Of a stretch of DNA of 57,199 nt, positions 19,252 to 28,733 are shown in pieces; positions within the stretch are counted from its first letter, which is position 1, and every line of letters begins with the position of its first letter. The DNA is from Waddliaceae bacterium (GTDB lineage: Bacteria > Chlamydiota > Chlamydiia > Chlamydiales > SLOH01). The notes below the pieces were generated by a model. It was given only the letters and a program-made list of their open reading frames with translations, had not been told where the DNA came from and did no database searches. Made by a program: the position numbers and the translations under genes. Where the stretch lies: contig JBBDJA010000031.1 in assembly GCA_040880105.1 (NCBI GenBank), positions 1-57,199 on the forward strand, written 5' to 3'.

Positions 19252-21207
19252 CTATTTTTCAGCAGAAGCTTCCTTGATGCTTGTGATCAGAACGAGATCT
19301 TTAATAATGTTGTCTGCTTCGATCATTTGTAAATCATTTTTTCCAAATTGATCGTCTTCCTGCTCGCTTTCCGAAGTGCCGAATTTTTTAAGTTCTTTTA
19401 AAAACGTTTGGTAATTGCGGTTGTTTTCGATGCGGTAATCTGAATTTTTTTTCAAAGTCGCGATATGCTTTGTGTATGTGTCATTTTTTTTCTGGAGATT
19501 GTAAAGGTAGAGAGGTCGGATCTTTTGCCGTTGAAAAAATGGAATATCCGCAAGATCATCATCAAAATTTTCATTAATATGGTCATTATCTAGAGGGTAC
19601 TTGGCAAATTGCTCGCCAAAGTCCATTTCAGAAAGTAGACCCGGAACAACGATATCGGCAGGAACCCCTGTCATTTGGGGGGATTTACCTGATACGGTAT
19701 AGTAGCGCCCACGAGTGACTTTATATTCGCCTATAGGATTGATTTTGTCAGTATCTTGTGTACTGACCGTTAAGATTTGAAAAGTCCCTTTACCAAAGGT
19801 GTGATCATCACCGACAATGATTCCACGACCATAGTCTTGAAGCGCTGCGGCCACAATTTCTGCTGCGGATGCACTTGCCTTATTCACAAGAACAACAAGA
19901 GGACCGTCCCACATTGTCTTCCCATCAATATCGCGGAGGTGCTGAACGTTTCCGTTATGATCCATAATAGAGACAACGATTCCTTTGGTGATGAAAAGTC
20001 CTGTGACCCCAACCGCCTCTGTGAGGAGTCCACCGGAGTTGTATCTTAAATCGAGAATGACCCCTTTAATATTATGTTCCTTTTTTAAATCCTCAAATTC
20101 TCTTTTTAAATCTTTAGTCGAAGAATTTTCCGGATCTTGATAAAAAGTGTGTAGTTTGAGGTGTGCGATGACCCCGTCTCCGAAAGGCTCATGAGATACA
20201 TCATAGCGGGCCTCTTTTAAGACAACCTCACCCCGTGTGAGGGTGATTTCAAGCTTTTCCTCATCTTTCTCTTCGTCTGCTTTATTTCGCATAATTGTAA
20301 GAAGAACCTCAGTATCTTCTTTACCGCGGATGAGGTCGACAGCATCTACAATTGCCATCCCGACAATTGGCTCTCCGTTAACAGCGATAATGCGATCATT
20401 GACTCTTAGTTTTTTACTTAAGGAGGCCGGACCTCCTTCAATAATCCTTACAACAGTTAAACCGTTGATATCATCTCGCAATTGAGCGCCGATTCCAAAT
20501 AATCTTTGTTGGACATCAATCATGAATTGAGACGCTTCTTCCGGTGTAAAATACGATGTATGCGTATCTAAGGCGGATGCAGTCGATTTCAAGACCTTTG
20601 TTAGGACAAGGTTTTTCACATGAACTGGATCGTTATTTTGAAGTTCTGACTCTTGATTGAGACGATACTTTTTTAAACGCTGCTCTGCTAGTTCCCTTAG
20701 CTCTTCTTTCATTTTAATCGTTGTTTCGATTTGCAGAGCCTTTATTCGTGTTAAACGATTGAGAAGTTCATTTTTATCATGTGCCCATTCTAGATCTTTA
20801 AATTCTTTAGCAGAGACATTTTTTGGAAGTTCATCTAAATCGATTTGAGTTTCAAGTTCGTGTCTTCTCTCAATGGCGCCGAGCATTGTTTTGTGGATTT
20901 CATAAAACGTTGAAAAGTTGTTTTCCTTGTATTCTTTTAAGATCTCTTCTAGTTGTTCAGGTGTTGGGTTTACCCATTGGTTAATTTCGGTTTCAATAAA
21001 ATACGATTTTGTCGGATCTAGTTGGTCAAGAAAATTTTCAAGAGTTCTTTGGATGACTAAAGGAGTGAGCTCCTTATGAGTCACGTGGCTTTTCATGATT
21101 TCATTGACCTTTTCAACAACGATGGGGGGTTCAAGATTAGGGAGCTTGGCATTAAGAGGAAGGAGGGGTAGGAGTGTCGTTAAAAAGATGAGGAAAAATT
21201 TTATCAT
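19252..21207 (-). CDS. tsp: Tail-specific (S41) protease with PDZ domain
   Basis: Signal peptide, LDTHTSYF, GIGAQL (PDZ), DLRYNSGG, SASAAEI and TFGKGT motifs. Confidence 0.93.
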   Translation of the reverse strand: MIKFFLIFLTTLLPLLPLNAKLPNLEPPIVVEKVNEIMKSHVTHKELTPLVIQRTLENFLDQLDPTKSYFIETEINQWVNPTPEQLEEILKEYKENNFSTFYEIHKTMLGAIERRHELETQIDLDELPKNVSAKEFKDLEWAHDKNELLNRLTRIKALQIETTIKMKEELRELAEQRLKKYRLNQESELQNNDPVHVKNLVLTKVLKSTASALDTHTSYFTPEEASQFMIDVQQRLFGIGAQLRDDINGLTVVRIIEGGPASLSKKLRVNDRIIAVNGEPIVGMAIVDAVDLIRGKEDTEVLLTIMRNKADEEKDEEKLEITLTRGEVVLKEARYDVSHEPFGDGVIAHLKLHTFYQDPENSSTKDLKREFEDLKKEHNIKGVILDLRYNSGGLLTEAVGVTGLFITKGIVVSIMDHNGNVQHLRDIDGKTMWDGPLVVLVNKASASAAEIVAAALQDYGRGIIVGDDHTFGKGTFQILTVSTQDTDKINPIGEYKVTRGRYYTVSGKSPQMTGVPADIVVPGLLSEMDFGEQFAKYPLDNDHINENFDDDLADIPFFQRQKIRPLYLYNLQKKNDTYTKHIATLKKNSDYRIENNRNYQTFLKELKKFGTSESEQEDDQFGKNDLQMIEADNIIKDLVLITSIKEASAEK

Positions 21208-21372
21208 CGTTCGCCTAGATTTGATTTTTATGCAACATCTTGAAAAAGAGGGAGCTAAAGCTTTTTTTTGAACAGTTTAGGTTCTATACATATATTTTAT
21301 CCTATTTCCCTGTTTTTTTTAAGAGTTAACTATCCCTACATAAAAAAAATTGGAAAATACATAAGAAAACCT

Positions 21373-21400
21373 TTGCATTCAATTCTTTTTTTGGTATAAT
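21373..21400 (+). promoter_or_regulatory. Sigma66-type promoter of euo
   Basis: TTGCAT-N16-TATAAT with extended TGn; GGAGG RBS downstream. Confidence 0.65.
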
Positions 21401-21457
21401 CATACCTTAAACTTTTTAAAATACTTAAAATTTAATAATTCGGAGGAATTTATAAAA

Positions 21458-21886
21458 ATGGATAATCAAGATAGAAGCAAAGATAAAAATAAATTAGTTT
21501 CTATTACTGAAGCTGCTAAAATTAATAAAGTCACGCGTCAAGCCATTTATGTGGCTATTAAGCTAAGAAAACTAAAGGCTTATAAAGAGTCAAGCCGTTG
21601 GACAATACATCTTGACGATCTTGAAGAGTATCGCAGACAAAAATATTCAAGAACAAAATCCCGATTTGACGGCGAGCTTCTTTTTGATAACCAAAAGGGA
21701 TATTATTCAGTAAATCAAGTTGCAAAAATGTTAAATGTTCCTGCTCAGAAGATTTATTATGCGACAAGAACTGGTCAACTTAAAGCACATCGCAAAGGAG
21801 CTGCTTGGGTGATTAGTGTGAATGATGTTCAGAACTATCGCGAAGTAAATAAAGCTGCACGCAAAAGATCGCGCAAAGCAAGTTAA
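21458..21886 (+). CDS. euo: Chlamydial developmental transcription repressor Euo (tandem HTH)
   Basis: SITEAAK..VTRQAIYVAIK and YYSVNQVAKMLNVPAQKIYYATRTG..RKGAAWVI; adjacent to recJ and near gltX. Confidence 0.95.
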   Translation: MDNQDRSKDKNKLVSITEAAKINKVTRQAIYVAIKLRKLKAYKESSRWTIHLDDLEEYRRQKYSRTKSRFDGELLFDNQKGYYSVNQVAKMLNVPAQKIYYATRTGQLKAHRKGAAWVISVNDVQNYREVNKAARKRSRKAS

Positions 21887-21929
21887 TATTTATTAGTTTT
21901 AAATTATATTAGTAATAGAAGTTTATATT

Positions 21930-21961
21930 TCTCGGGTGTTAAATCGCCCGAGATTTTTTTT
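21930..21961 (+). terminator. Intrinsic terminator of euo
   Basis: TCTCGGGTG..CGCCCGAGA stem followed by a T8 run. Confidence 0.8.
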
Positions 21962-21971
21962 GCCCTTAATT

Positions 21972-22131
21972 AGCCTCTCAAGTTACTCAAGTCTGTTAAA
22001 TTTTGCACCCATTTGTTCTGAAATTCGAAAAATCAATCAATGTTATCTATTTAATGGTTAACTGAGTGCGACTTTATCGAATTCCCTTGGAAAAGGCACA
22101 AAGTTAATAAGCTGCGTTAATCAGGGGTTCC
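21972..22131. repeat. Palindromic intergenic element, copy F
   Basis: AGCCTCTCAAGTTACTC...GCTGCGTTAATCAGGGGTTCC. Right arm is a near reverse complement of the left arms of copies A and H. Confidence 0.88.
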
Positions 22132-22139
22132 TTAACGTT

Positions 22140-23873
22140 CTACTTCCCGATGATCTGGAGTTCACGGATCATTAATTGAATTGAAGGGCCTTGTGGGTTG
22201 ACTTGCGGAGAAAAGGCAATTTTAAGGTTGTAGGGCTGGCGAAGCTTTCGGCTCATCGCAGCTTTCCAAGGAGCGATTCCTTCCAGCATCCGATCTCCCT
22301 GAACAAGGTAGAGTTTAAGGTGGTTGCCGACGACCTTAGGCGGCCACGCTTGCTTTGCTTGTGTGTAGAGAACCGGTTGCAGATTTTCATTCCCAAAAGG
22401 CTCAAAAAGCTTGATGGATTCCATCAGTTCAAATGTTAAATCTTCAAAATCTACTTCTGCATCCAAATGCAATTTCGCCATCACGTCCATGTCGTTTAAT
22501 GTGTGGTTTGCGTGTTCGATAAACTTACTTTTGAATAATTCTATATTTTCCTTTTTGATTGTCATTCCCGCAGCAAAATCATGACCTCCGAAGTTGATCA
22601 AAATGTCAGCTGACTTCTTTAAGGCGGGGATTAGAGGGAATTTTGAGATCGAGCGCAAAGAGCCTTTTCCGACCCCGCCTTCAATCGCAATCATGACAGT
22701 CGGTCTTTGGTGCATTTTGGAAATGCGGGTAGATAGAATGGCAATCACGCCGGGATGCCATTTGTCTGAGTGCATGACAATTGCTTTTTCTTTTAAAATT
22801 TCGGGATTTTTTTGAATCATCTCTTCGATGTCAGCAGACATTGTGCGCTCGATTTTTTGACGCTCGATATTATTCAAGTCAAGTTCAAGCGCCATCTTTT
22901 CCGCTTGAGCGGCATTGCGAAGTAAAAGAAGTTCAACACCCTTTTGAGGGTCTGCAATACGGCCTAAACTGTTGAGGCGGGGGGCGATTTTCGAGGCGAC
23001 TGTGTAGGTTGTAATTTGATTGGGGTCGACATCGGCAACCTCAAGAAGTTTGGCAAGTCCAATGCGCTTGGATTTTCTCAGTTGTTTAATCCCGTAACGG
23101 ACTAAGATGCGGTTTTCATCTTTTAGTGCCCCCATATCGGATATCGTTCCAAGGGCAACCAAGTCTAAATAGCGTTTTAAATCGACCTTTCGAGGAGAGA
23201 TTTTTTTGCTATCAACAAGTGTGTTGGTAATTGCATGTGCAAGCTTAAAGGCAACTCCAACCCCCGTCAAATCGCGGTTTGGGTAGCTTTGTTTATTAAG
23301 TTTTGGGTTAAGGGTAGCCACACAGTTGGGAATCGCATCGGTTGGTTCATGGTGGTCTGTAACGATGACATCAATCCCACTCTTAACGACTTGAGCAATT
23401 TCTTCTGCCGAAGTGACACCGCAATCGACTGTGATAAGAAGCTTGCATCCGTTTTGAGTCCCATACTCAATGGCTTCCACAATTAAATTTTCTCGAACAA
23501 TTCCAGGTGTTGAAACAAAGGAGAAGACATTTGCGCCGACTAGCCGTAAAAAATCCACAAGCAGAGCAGTTCCCGTCATTCCATCGACATCGTTGTCTCC
23601 ATAGATGATGATTCCCTCATTGTTCTCGATCGATTGGATGACTCGAGCAACAGCCTTACTCATCTGCTTAAAAAGAAAAGGATCAAAAAGATCCGGTAGT
23701 TTTGCGTAGAGGTAGTCGTGTATATCTTTGATCGTTGTAAACCCACGAGAGACTAAGATTTGGGCAGTCACCGGGTGGATCTTAAATTCCTTAATAATTT
23801 TTTGTTTCCAATCTTCGTCTTTTTTAGGGTAGATCCATACGGGTTCCCCCGCCTCCGTTTCGCGATTTAGCAT
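22140..23873 (-). CDS. recJ: Single-stranded-DNA exonuclease RecJ
   Basis: YGDNDVDG, TVDCG, TDHH, PRLNSLGR, GSLRS, GGH..AAG and EPFGNEN motifs. Confidence 0.97.
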   Translation of the reverse strand: MLNRETEAGEPVWIYPKKDEDWKQKIIKEFKIHPVTAQILVSRGFTTIKDIHDYLYAKLPDLFDPFLFKQMSKAVARVIQSIENNEGIIIYGDNDVDGMTGTALLVDFLRLVGANVFSFVSTPGIVRENLIVEAIEYGTQNGCKLLITVDCGVTSAEEIAQVVKSGIDVIVTDHHEPTDAIPNCVATLNPKLNKQSYPNRDLTGVGVAFKLAHAITNTLVDSKKISPRKVDLKRYLDLVALGTISDMGALKDENRILVRYGIKQLRKSKRIGLAKLLEVADVDPNQITTYTVASKIAPRLNSLGRIADPQKGVELLLLRNAAQAEKMALELDLNNIERQKIERTMSADIEEMIQKNPEILKEKAIVMHSDKWHPGVIAILSTRISKMHQRPTVMIAIEGGVGKGSLRSISKFPLIPALKKSADILINFGGHDFAAGMTIKKENIELFKSKFIEHANHTLNDMDVMAKLHLDAEVDFEDLTFELMESIKLFEPFGNENLQPVLYTQAKQAWPPKVVGNHLKLYLVQGDRMLEGIAPWKAAMSRKLRQPYNLKIAFSPQVNPQGPSIQLMIRELQIIGK

Positions 23874-23900
23874 TTAACTTCCATTATTATATGTGTAAAA

Positions 23901-23928
23901 ATTTTACGGAAATCCCCTTGTTTGTCAA
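23901..23928 (-). promoter_or_regulatory. Sigma66-type promoter of recJ
   Basis: TTGACA-N16-TAAAAT on the minus strand. Confidence 0.55.
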
Positions 23929-24146
23929 TAATAATATTAATATGTGAAGGCTGTTGATTTTGCATGGGACATCAAGCCCTCGGATAGTGAAAAGCCATAT
24001 GTTTTATAGGGAGGGGATTTCGAGGATGACATGGCTCAAATCTAAGTAAATAAATTGTTTAATTTAAACTAGCTTTTAGAGCCGATTGCATTGTTTACGT
24101 ATTTTTTTATTGTTTTTTGCGTAGAAAGGCTTTACTTTCTATTTTA

Positions 24147-24309
24147 GGAACCTCTGAAAAACTCATGTTGTTAAATTTAGCACCTGTTTCCTGAAATTCG
24201 ACAAAAATGCATTCGTTTAACTATTAGATAGTTAAGATCGTTTGTTTTTTCAAATTTCAGTATAGATTCATGTAAAATTTAAATGAACTCGAGTGATTCA
24301 GAGGTTTCC
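24147..24309. repeat. Palindromic intergenic element, copy G (most self-complementary copy by eye)
   Basis: GGAACCTCTGAAAAACTC/GAGTGATTCAGAGGTTTCC termini; paired blocks TTAAATTT/AAATTTAA and CTGAAATT/AATTTCAG; central TTAACTAT-TAG-ATAGTTAA. Confidence 0.9.
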
Positions 24310-24374
24310 ACGAGGAAACTCTGAAATAGTCGAATCTAAATTGAATTTGACCTTAAGTATTTGATAGAGGAATT

Positions 24375-25166
24375 ATGATCTGTTGGACGATTTGCTGCGC
24401 AGAAGGATTTGAGCTGGAGCAGCTGAAAGAACATCTTGATAAACAGTATAAGTGTCGACTGTACGACCATGTGATCCATGTTGAAGTTAAAGAGAATCAA
24501 TTACCTAAGCAGCTTTTTTACTTTCGGTACGGTGTCATTGTGTTTTGGGGAATCTCAAAACAGCAGCACCAAAAGTATCTTGATCTCGCATTGCAGTTTG
24601 CAAGAGGAAAGCTGGATGAAAATGTCGAAGATGAGTTTGTTTATGCTTACGGTGATTTGTCGAAGATTAAAGAAAAGTGCATTATCCTTCCCGATCATGA
24701 ACTTTTAACTAAGCTTGCAGTTAGCCATGCCATGGCTCAATCTGCAAAACTTGAAGTTTTTGAAATCCGCATCGAAAAAACCATTCAAGAAATGCAGCCG
24801 ATTCCTCTGCAACTGGCAAAGACAGGAAGGCAACCTTTTTCCAGTCTTCAACTGAGAAGGAAGATGGGAAAACTTTATGTAGATAAAAGCTCAATCAACC
24901 TGCACTTTGATCTGCTCGATGTGCCTGATTTTTTCTGGGATTACGAAGAACTAGAACCCATTTATTCACTGACCGCAAACTATCTCGACATTAAAGATAG
25001 GGTCGATATTTTGAACCAAAAACTCCATGTGATGAGCGAGTTATATGAGATGCTCAGCGAAGAGCTGAAGCATCGTCACTCCTCCAGGTTGGAATGGATC
25101 ATCATTGTTCTTATTACCATCGAGGTGGTTGTCGTATTGTCAAAAGATATTCTTAAAATATTGTAG
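24375..25166 (+). CDS. RMD1/YagE (DUF155) family protein
   Basis: FRYGVIVFWG, SHAMAQSAKL, PDFFWD and RVDILNQKL motifs; LEWIIIVLITIEV C-terminal TM. Confidence 0.92.
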   Translation: MICWTICCAEGFELEQLKEHLDKQYKCRLYDHVIHVEVKENQLPKQLFYFRYGVIVFWGISKQQHQKYLDLALQFARGKLDENVEDEFVYAYGDLSKIKEKCIILPDHELLTKLAVSHAMAQSAKLEVFEIRIEKTIQEMQPIPLQLAKTGRQPFSSLQLRRKMGKLYVDKSSINLHFDLLDVPDFFWDYEELEPIYSLTANYLDIKDRVDILNQKLHVMSELYEMLSEELKHRHSSRLEWIIIVLITIEVVVVLSKDILKIL

Positions 25167-25202
25167 CTCCTCCCCTCGTTTTACACGGTTGGCCTTATGC
25201 CA

Positions 25203-28200
25203 CTACTCCTCTAAATCCGGAAGAATTAAATGTTTGTTCAAGTTGAGGTTCGGAGCCTCTTTCCATACACGATAGTTATCCGGAAATACCCAGTGACCAC
25301 TTTTTGCATGCTTTGGAAACCATGAATCTTGACTCATGAAATGTACTTCCTCAAGATCGGGGGTATATGTGGCAAGCTCAATCTTTTCTGTCCCTGGATT
25401 GACAAGGAAGATGAAATGCATGTTATGGATTCCACTTGTCCAGTTTGTGTCATGGGTGACAATTCCTGAGTTTATCAGGCGATCTTGCACTGTATCAGGA
25501 AGCGTTGAGACAATTTTTGTGTCCAAGTAAGGAGAAAATTGATGGATCCACCCCCCGTCGGTACTTTGTAGATCATCGCAGTGCGCTTTATAAGCGGCAT
25601 CTAGAATTTCTTTTCTAAACTCTTTAATTGTGATCCCATATGGAATTCTTCTTGCGCTATTGAGGAATCGTTTCGATCCTTGTTCAGAAAGCGCAATGCT
25701 ATCTTTTCTATTCCTTGCAAAGTGAATCAGCTTTTTTACTCGCTCAGGATCTTGAGCACTAAGTGTTTCTGCATAATTACTAAAAATTTTAGTAAATATC
25801 CTCTCCCAATGTTCATTCCGCTCTCCGATTTTAGGATCATGCGCTCGGCTTAAGCAGACAATATTTGCAATTGCTTGAACGCTTGGAGATGAAACTCCCT
25901 CGATGAGGCTGTCAAATATTTCTTTAGATTTTTCGCTAAGTTGTTGGCGAACCCAGTCTTCCTTTTCTCTGGGGCGACACGTCCACTGATTGTTTGCAAC
26001 AAACTCAATAACTGCATCTCGTTCCACTTTATTCAAACGACGATTTGCAATCGCTTTACCGGGTCTTTCTACATTCTTTTGTATATACTCATTGGTCGAG
26101 AGATCCGATGACCAAGCAGATTTAAAACTATCTTCAAATCCTCTCAATAAAAACGCGTGAACAGGGGATGTAACGATCACCGGATTTCTCGGATCGCAAA
26201 ACGATGCTTTTAAGTGATCCGGTTGATTTTTCACAAAATTGATACACTTAGCGAGAACTTCTTTTGGTGTTCCGTTAAAATTCTTCAATTTTGATGGTGA
26301 TGAGTTAAATCCAAAGTAGGTCTTAAGTACCGAATTAAAATCTCCACCCCACTTAAATACCCAAGGTTTTGATCTGATGTTGTGGGCATTAATTTTTAGC
26401 AGTTGTGATTCGCCAAGATCGTGACTAAGTGTTGAAATCATTTTCTTTGCGAATTCAGGATTAGCAAACTCTCTACATAGATTTTCAGCTCTAGAAGTGT
26501 ACTTACTTCCTCCACCTAAATAATCCGCTGTTTTCAAGATCACATCTTGCAGAAACCGTTGAAACTTTTCTGTTGTTCCAATCGATTCCCATTCATGCGG
26601 AGGGGAATAGTCGGAAAACGGTTGAACTTTTACATCCTTTTCATCCGCATCTAGCATTCGAAGTAAATGCGTTGAGTAGATAAAGTCTTTTGGCAAGCCG
26701 GAATCGTAAAGTTCATATCCAAAGTTATGATGGTCATTTGTCCCGTAATTATTATCGTCAAAGATTACCTTAGCATCCTCAATGTGTGGATTGTACTGAT
26801 ATCTCATTCGAGTTAACATTGGAAGGAAGCTCTCATCGAGAATTTCATTGTAAATTTCTCTCTCAGACTCAGGGAATTTATTTATGGATTGATCAAGGAT
26901 ATCTCTCATCAATTCAATCATACATAGAGAAATTGCATATTGCGACCCAAAGATAAGAACCATCGATGCAGCCGCCTGCTCATATGCACGGTGGAGCGGG
27001 TGGGTTGTTTGTGTCCCGAATGCAAACTGCGCTTTGGTAAGAAGCTCTTCTTCCGATCGGTTCTTTTCAGATCGAAGGATGCGCGAATTTTGCTGTGAAA
27101 AATAGGCGTATTTTGCAAGTTGCTTTAATAGGCAATTAACCGAAAAGGTTTTTGGCAACCAGCTTTGTGCCTTTAAAACAGCATCTTTTATATTTTCTAA
27201 TTTGAGAGCCGTACATGCTGAGATAATTCCCGGAGAATCATAAAGATAATGACCGCTTTGGGGTTTTGGCCAGCGATGACTTTTATCGGAACTTAGATTG
27301 TAGCACTGAGTTTTAAGAATCTGCCCCTTTCTCCCCAAAGTAATAATTGTATCTAAATACTCATTAGTCACTCTCTCAAGATAGGGGAATTTTCTCAGTT
27401 CGTTTCCAACGACGCGTTCAATATACCCTTGTTCTGTCAATTGAATCAGGTCTTCAACAAAAATACTGCTATAAGCAAGCTGGGATTTTATTAGACACGC
27501 TGTTGCAAAACAAGTTCCGGCTCTGCCTTGTCTCAAGTGACCCAGAAGGGCGCTTAATACAAAAATTTGGGCATGGCGTTTGGTAATGACTTCATCGTAT
27601 GAGAGTAAAAGGGCTGCTCGAATTGCAGAATCAGAGACAATATTTTTTGATTCAGGGGGGGAGATATCTTCGATCTGATTCAAAAGAGACATGTTATTTT
27701 GTAACTCTGCAACCACAAGATAAAGGTGATCCATCGCAACTGTATCAGCAAACCGCTCAGGAACTAACTGTTCGATATCCTCTATAACCCCAAAATTAAT
27801 TCCCCCCGTTTCAAGAACTAAAAACTTTGAAATCTCCACTGTCATTTTATGGAACAATGCTTGATCCGCATTTTGAATAGAGACATTTTTGTGTCTCATG
27901 TCATGGGCAATTAAGCTCTTTTTCACTCTAGAAATATATGTGCGAGATTTTGCGGCAAATTTCTTGATTGCTTGTGGAAAACTGTTTTTTAAGACGATCT
28001 GAATAGCCTTATTTGGTTCTTCCTGTGCAACTAGCAAAAGGTGACCGAGCCGATTATACACAAGAGCACGCGCCTTATCTTCAGGACTCATCTCTTCTTC
28101 AGCTGCTGTTTCACATATTTCCATTTGAGACCCTGATAATTCGGACTCAATTTGTTGTAAAAGATCTCCAATCTGCAAAGATGAACTAGCTAAGAGTGCA

Positions 28201-28598
28201 TCCTCTTTTCCCTCCTCACTTAATTGAGAGATGATTTGTCTTGCAAACTCAAGAACGACATTTTTTCTTCTTTTGTTTTTCATGAGAAGTTGCAAATGCT
28301 GCATTTGATAATCAATGCGCTCATCCCCGGTGGATCCTTCAATTGACTGTTCCATTCCAAATGCCTCTAAAGCGATCCCAGATTCGACCTTTGCATTTAA
28401 GTGCTGAATTGCCATTAACCTTTGTGTCGTCATTCCAAGGTAAAATGCATCTTCTCTTAACATTTCAATTGGACGGTCTTTATTGATTTTTGCAATTTTA
28501 TTTTTTACAAACTGATGTACGTTTTCTTCACTTTTTCTTTTCGAGAGAATGTTTTTAGGTAGAGGAGAAGATGAAGAGATTTCAGCTACTGGGTTCAT
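25203..28598 (-). CDS. Large hypothetical protein; candidate papain/calpain-like cysteine protease effector
   Basis: ~1130-aa open frame with a GGAGG RBS before ATG 28598. RQGRAGTCFATA, SPVHAF and HDTNW motifs; Ser-rich N-terminus. The ORF is secure; the function is inference. Confidence 0.6.
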   Translation of the reverse strand: MNPVAEISSSSPLPKNILSKRKSEENVHQFVKNKIAKINKDRPIEMLREDAFYLGMTTQRLMAIQHLNAKVESGIALEAFGMEQSIEGSTGDERIDYQMQHLQLLMKNKRRKNVVLEFARQIISQLSEEGKEDALLASSSLQIGDLLQQIESELSGSQMEICETAAEEEMSPEDKARALVYNRLGHLLLVAQEEPNKAIQIVLKNSFPQAIKKFAAKSRTYISRVKKSLIAHDMRHKNVSIQNADQALFHKMTVEISKFLVLETGGINFGVIEDIEQLVPERFADTVAMDHLYLVVAELQNNMSLLNQIEDISPPESKNIVSDSAIRAALLLSYDEVITKRHAQIFVLSALLGHLRQGRAGTCFATACLIKSQLAYSSIFVEDLIQLTEQGYIERVVGNELRKFPYLERVTNEYLDTIITLGRKGQILKTQCYNLSSDKSHRWPKPQSGHYLYDSPGIISACTALKLENIKDAVLKAQSWLPKTFSVNCLLKQLAKYAYFSQQNSRILRSEKNRSEEELLTKAQFAFGTQTTHPLHRAYEQAAASMVLIFGSQYAISLCMIELMRDILDQSINKFPESEREIYNEILDESFLPMLTRMRYQYNPHIEDAKVIFDDNNYGTNDHHNFGYELYDSGLPKDFIYSTHLLRMLDADEKDVKVQPFSDYSPPHEWESIGTTEKFQRFLQDVILKTADYLGGGSKYTSRAENLCREFANPEFAKKMISTLSHDLGESQLLKINAHNIRSKPWVFKWGGDFNSVLKTYFGFNSSPSKLKNFNGTPKEVLAKCINFVKNQPDHLKASFCDPRNPVIVTSPVHAFLLRGFEDSFKSAWSSDLSTNEYIQKNVERPGKAIANRRLNKVERDAVIEFVANNQWTCRPREKEDWVRQQLSEKSKEIFDSLIEGVSSPSVQAIANIVCLSRAHDPKIGERNEHWERIFTKIFSNYAETLSAQDPERVKKLIHFARNRKDSIALSEQGSKRFLNSARRIPYGITIKEFRKEILDAAYKAHCDDLQSTDGGWIHQFSPYLDTKIVSTLPDTVQDRLINSGIVTHDTNWTSGIHNMHFIFLVNPGTEKIELATYTPDLEEVHFMSQDSWFPKHAKSGHWVFPDNYRVWKEAPNLNLNKHLILPDLEE

Positions 28599-28733
28599 AA
28601 GGACCTCCAAGTTGTTCCTGAAGTTTGGTGGTAAGTGTTTTTTTCAGGATTGACGAATGAACAATTTTTGATTTAAAAGAAATGATATCAAAAGTAAAGG
28701 AAATATTTTACTGTAACCCAAAATGGGGGAATA

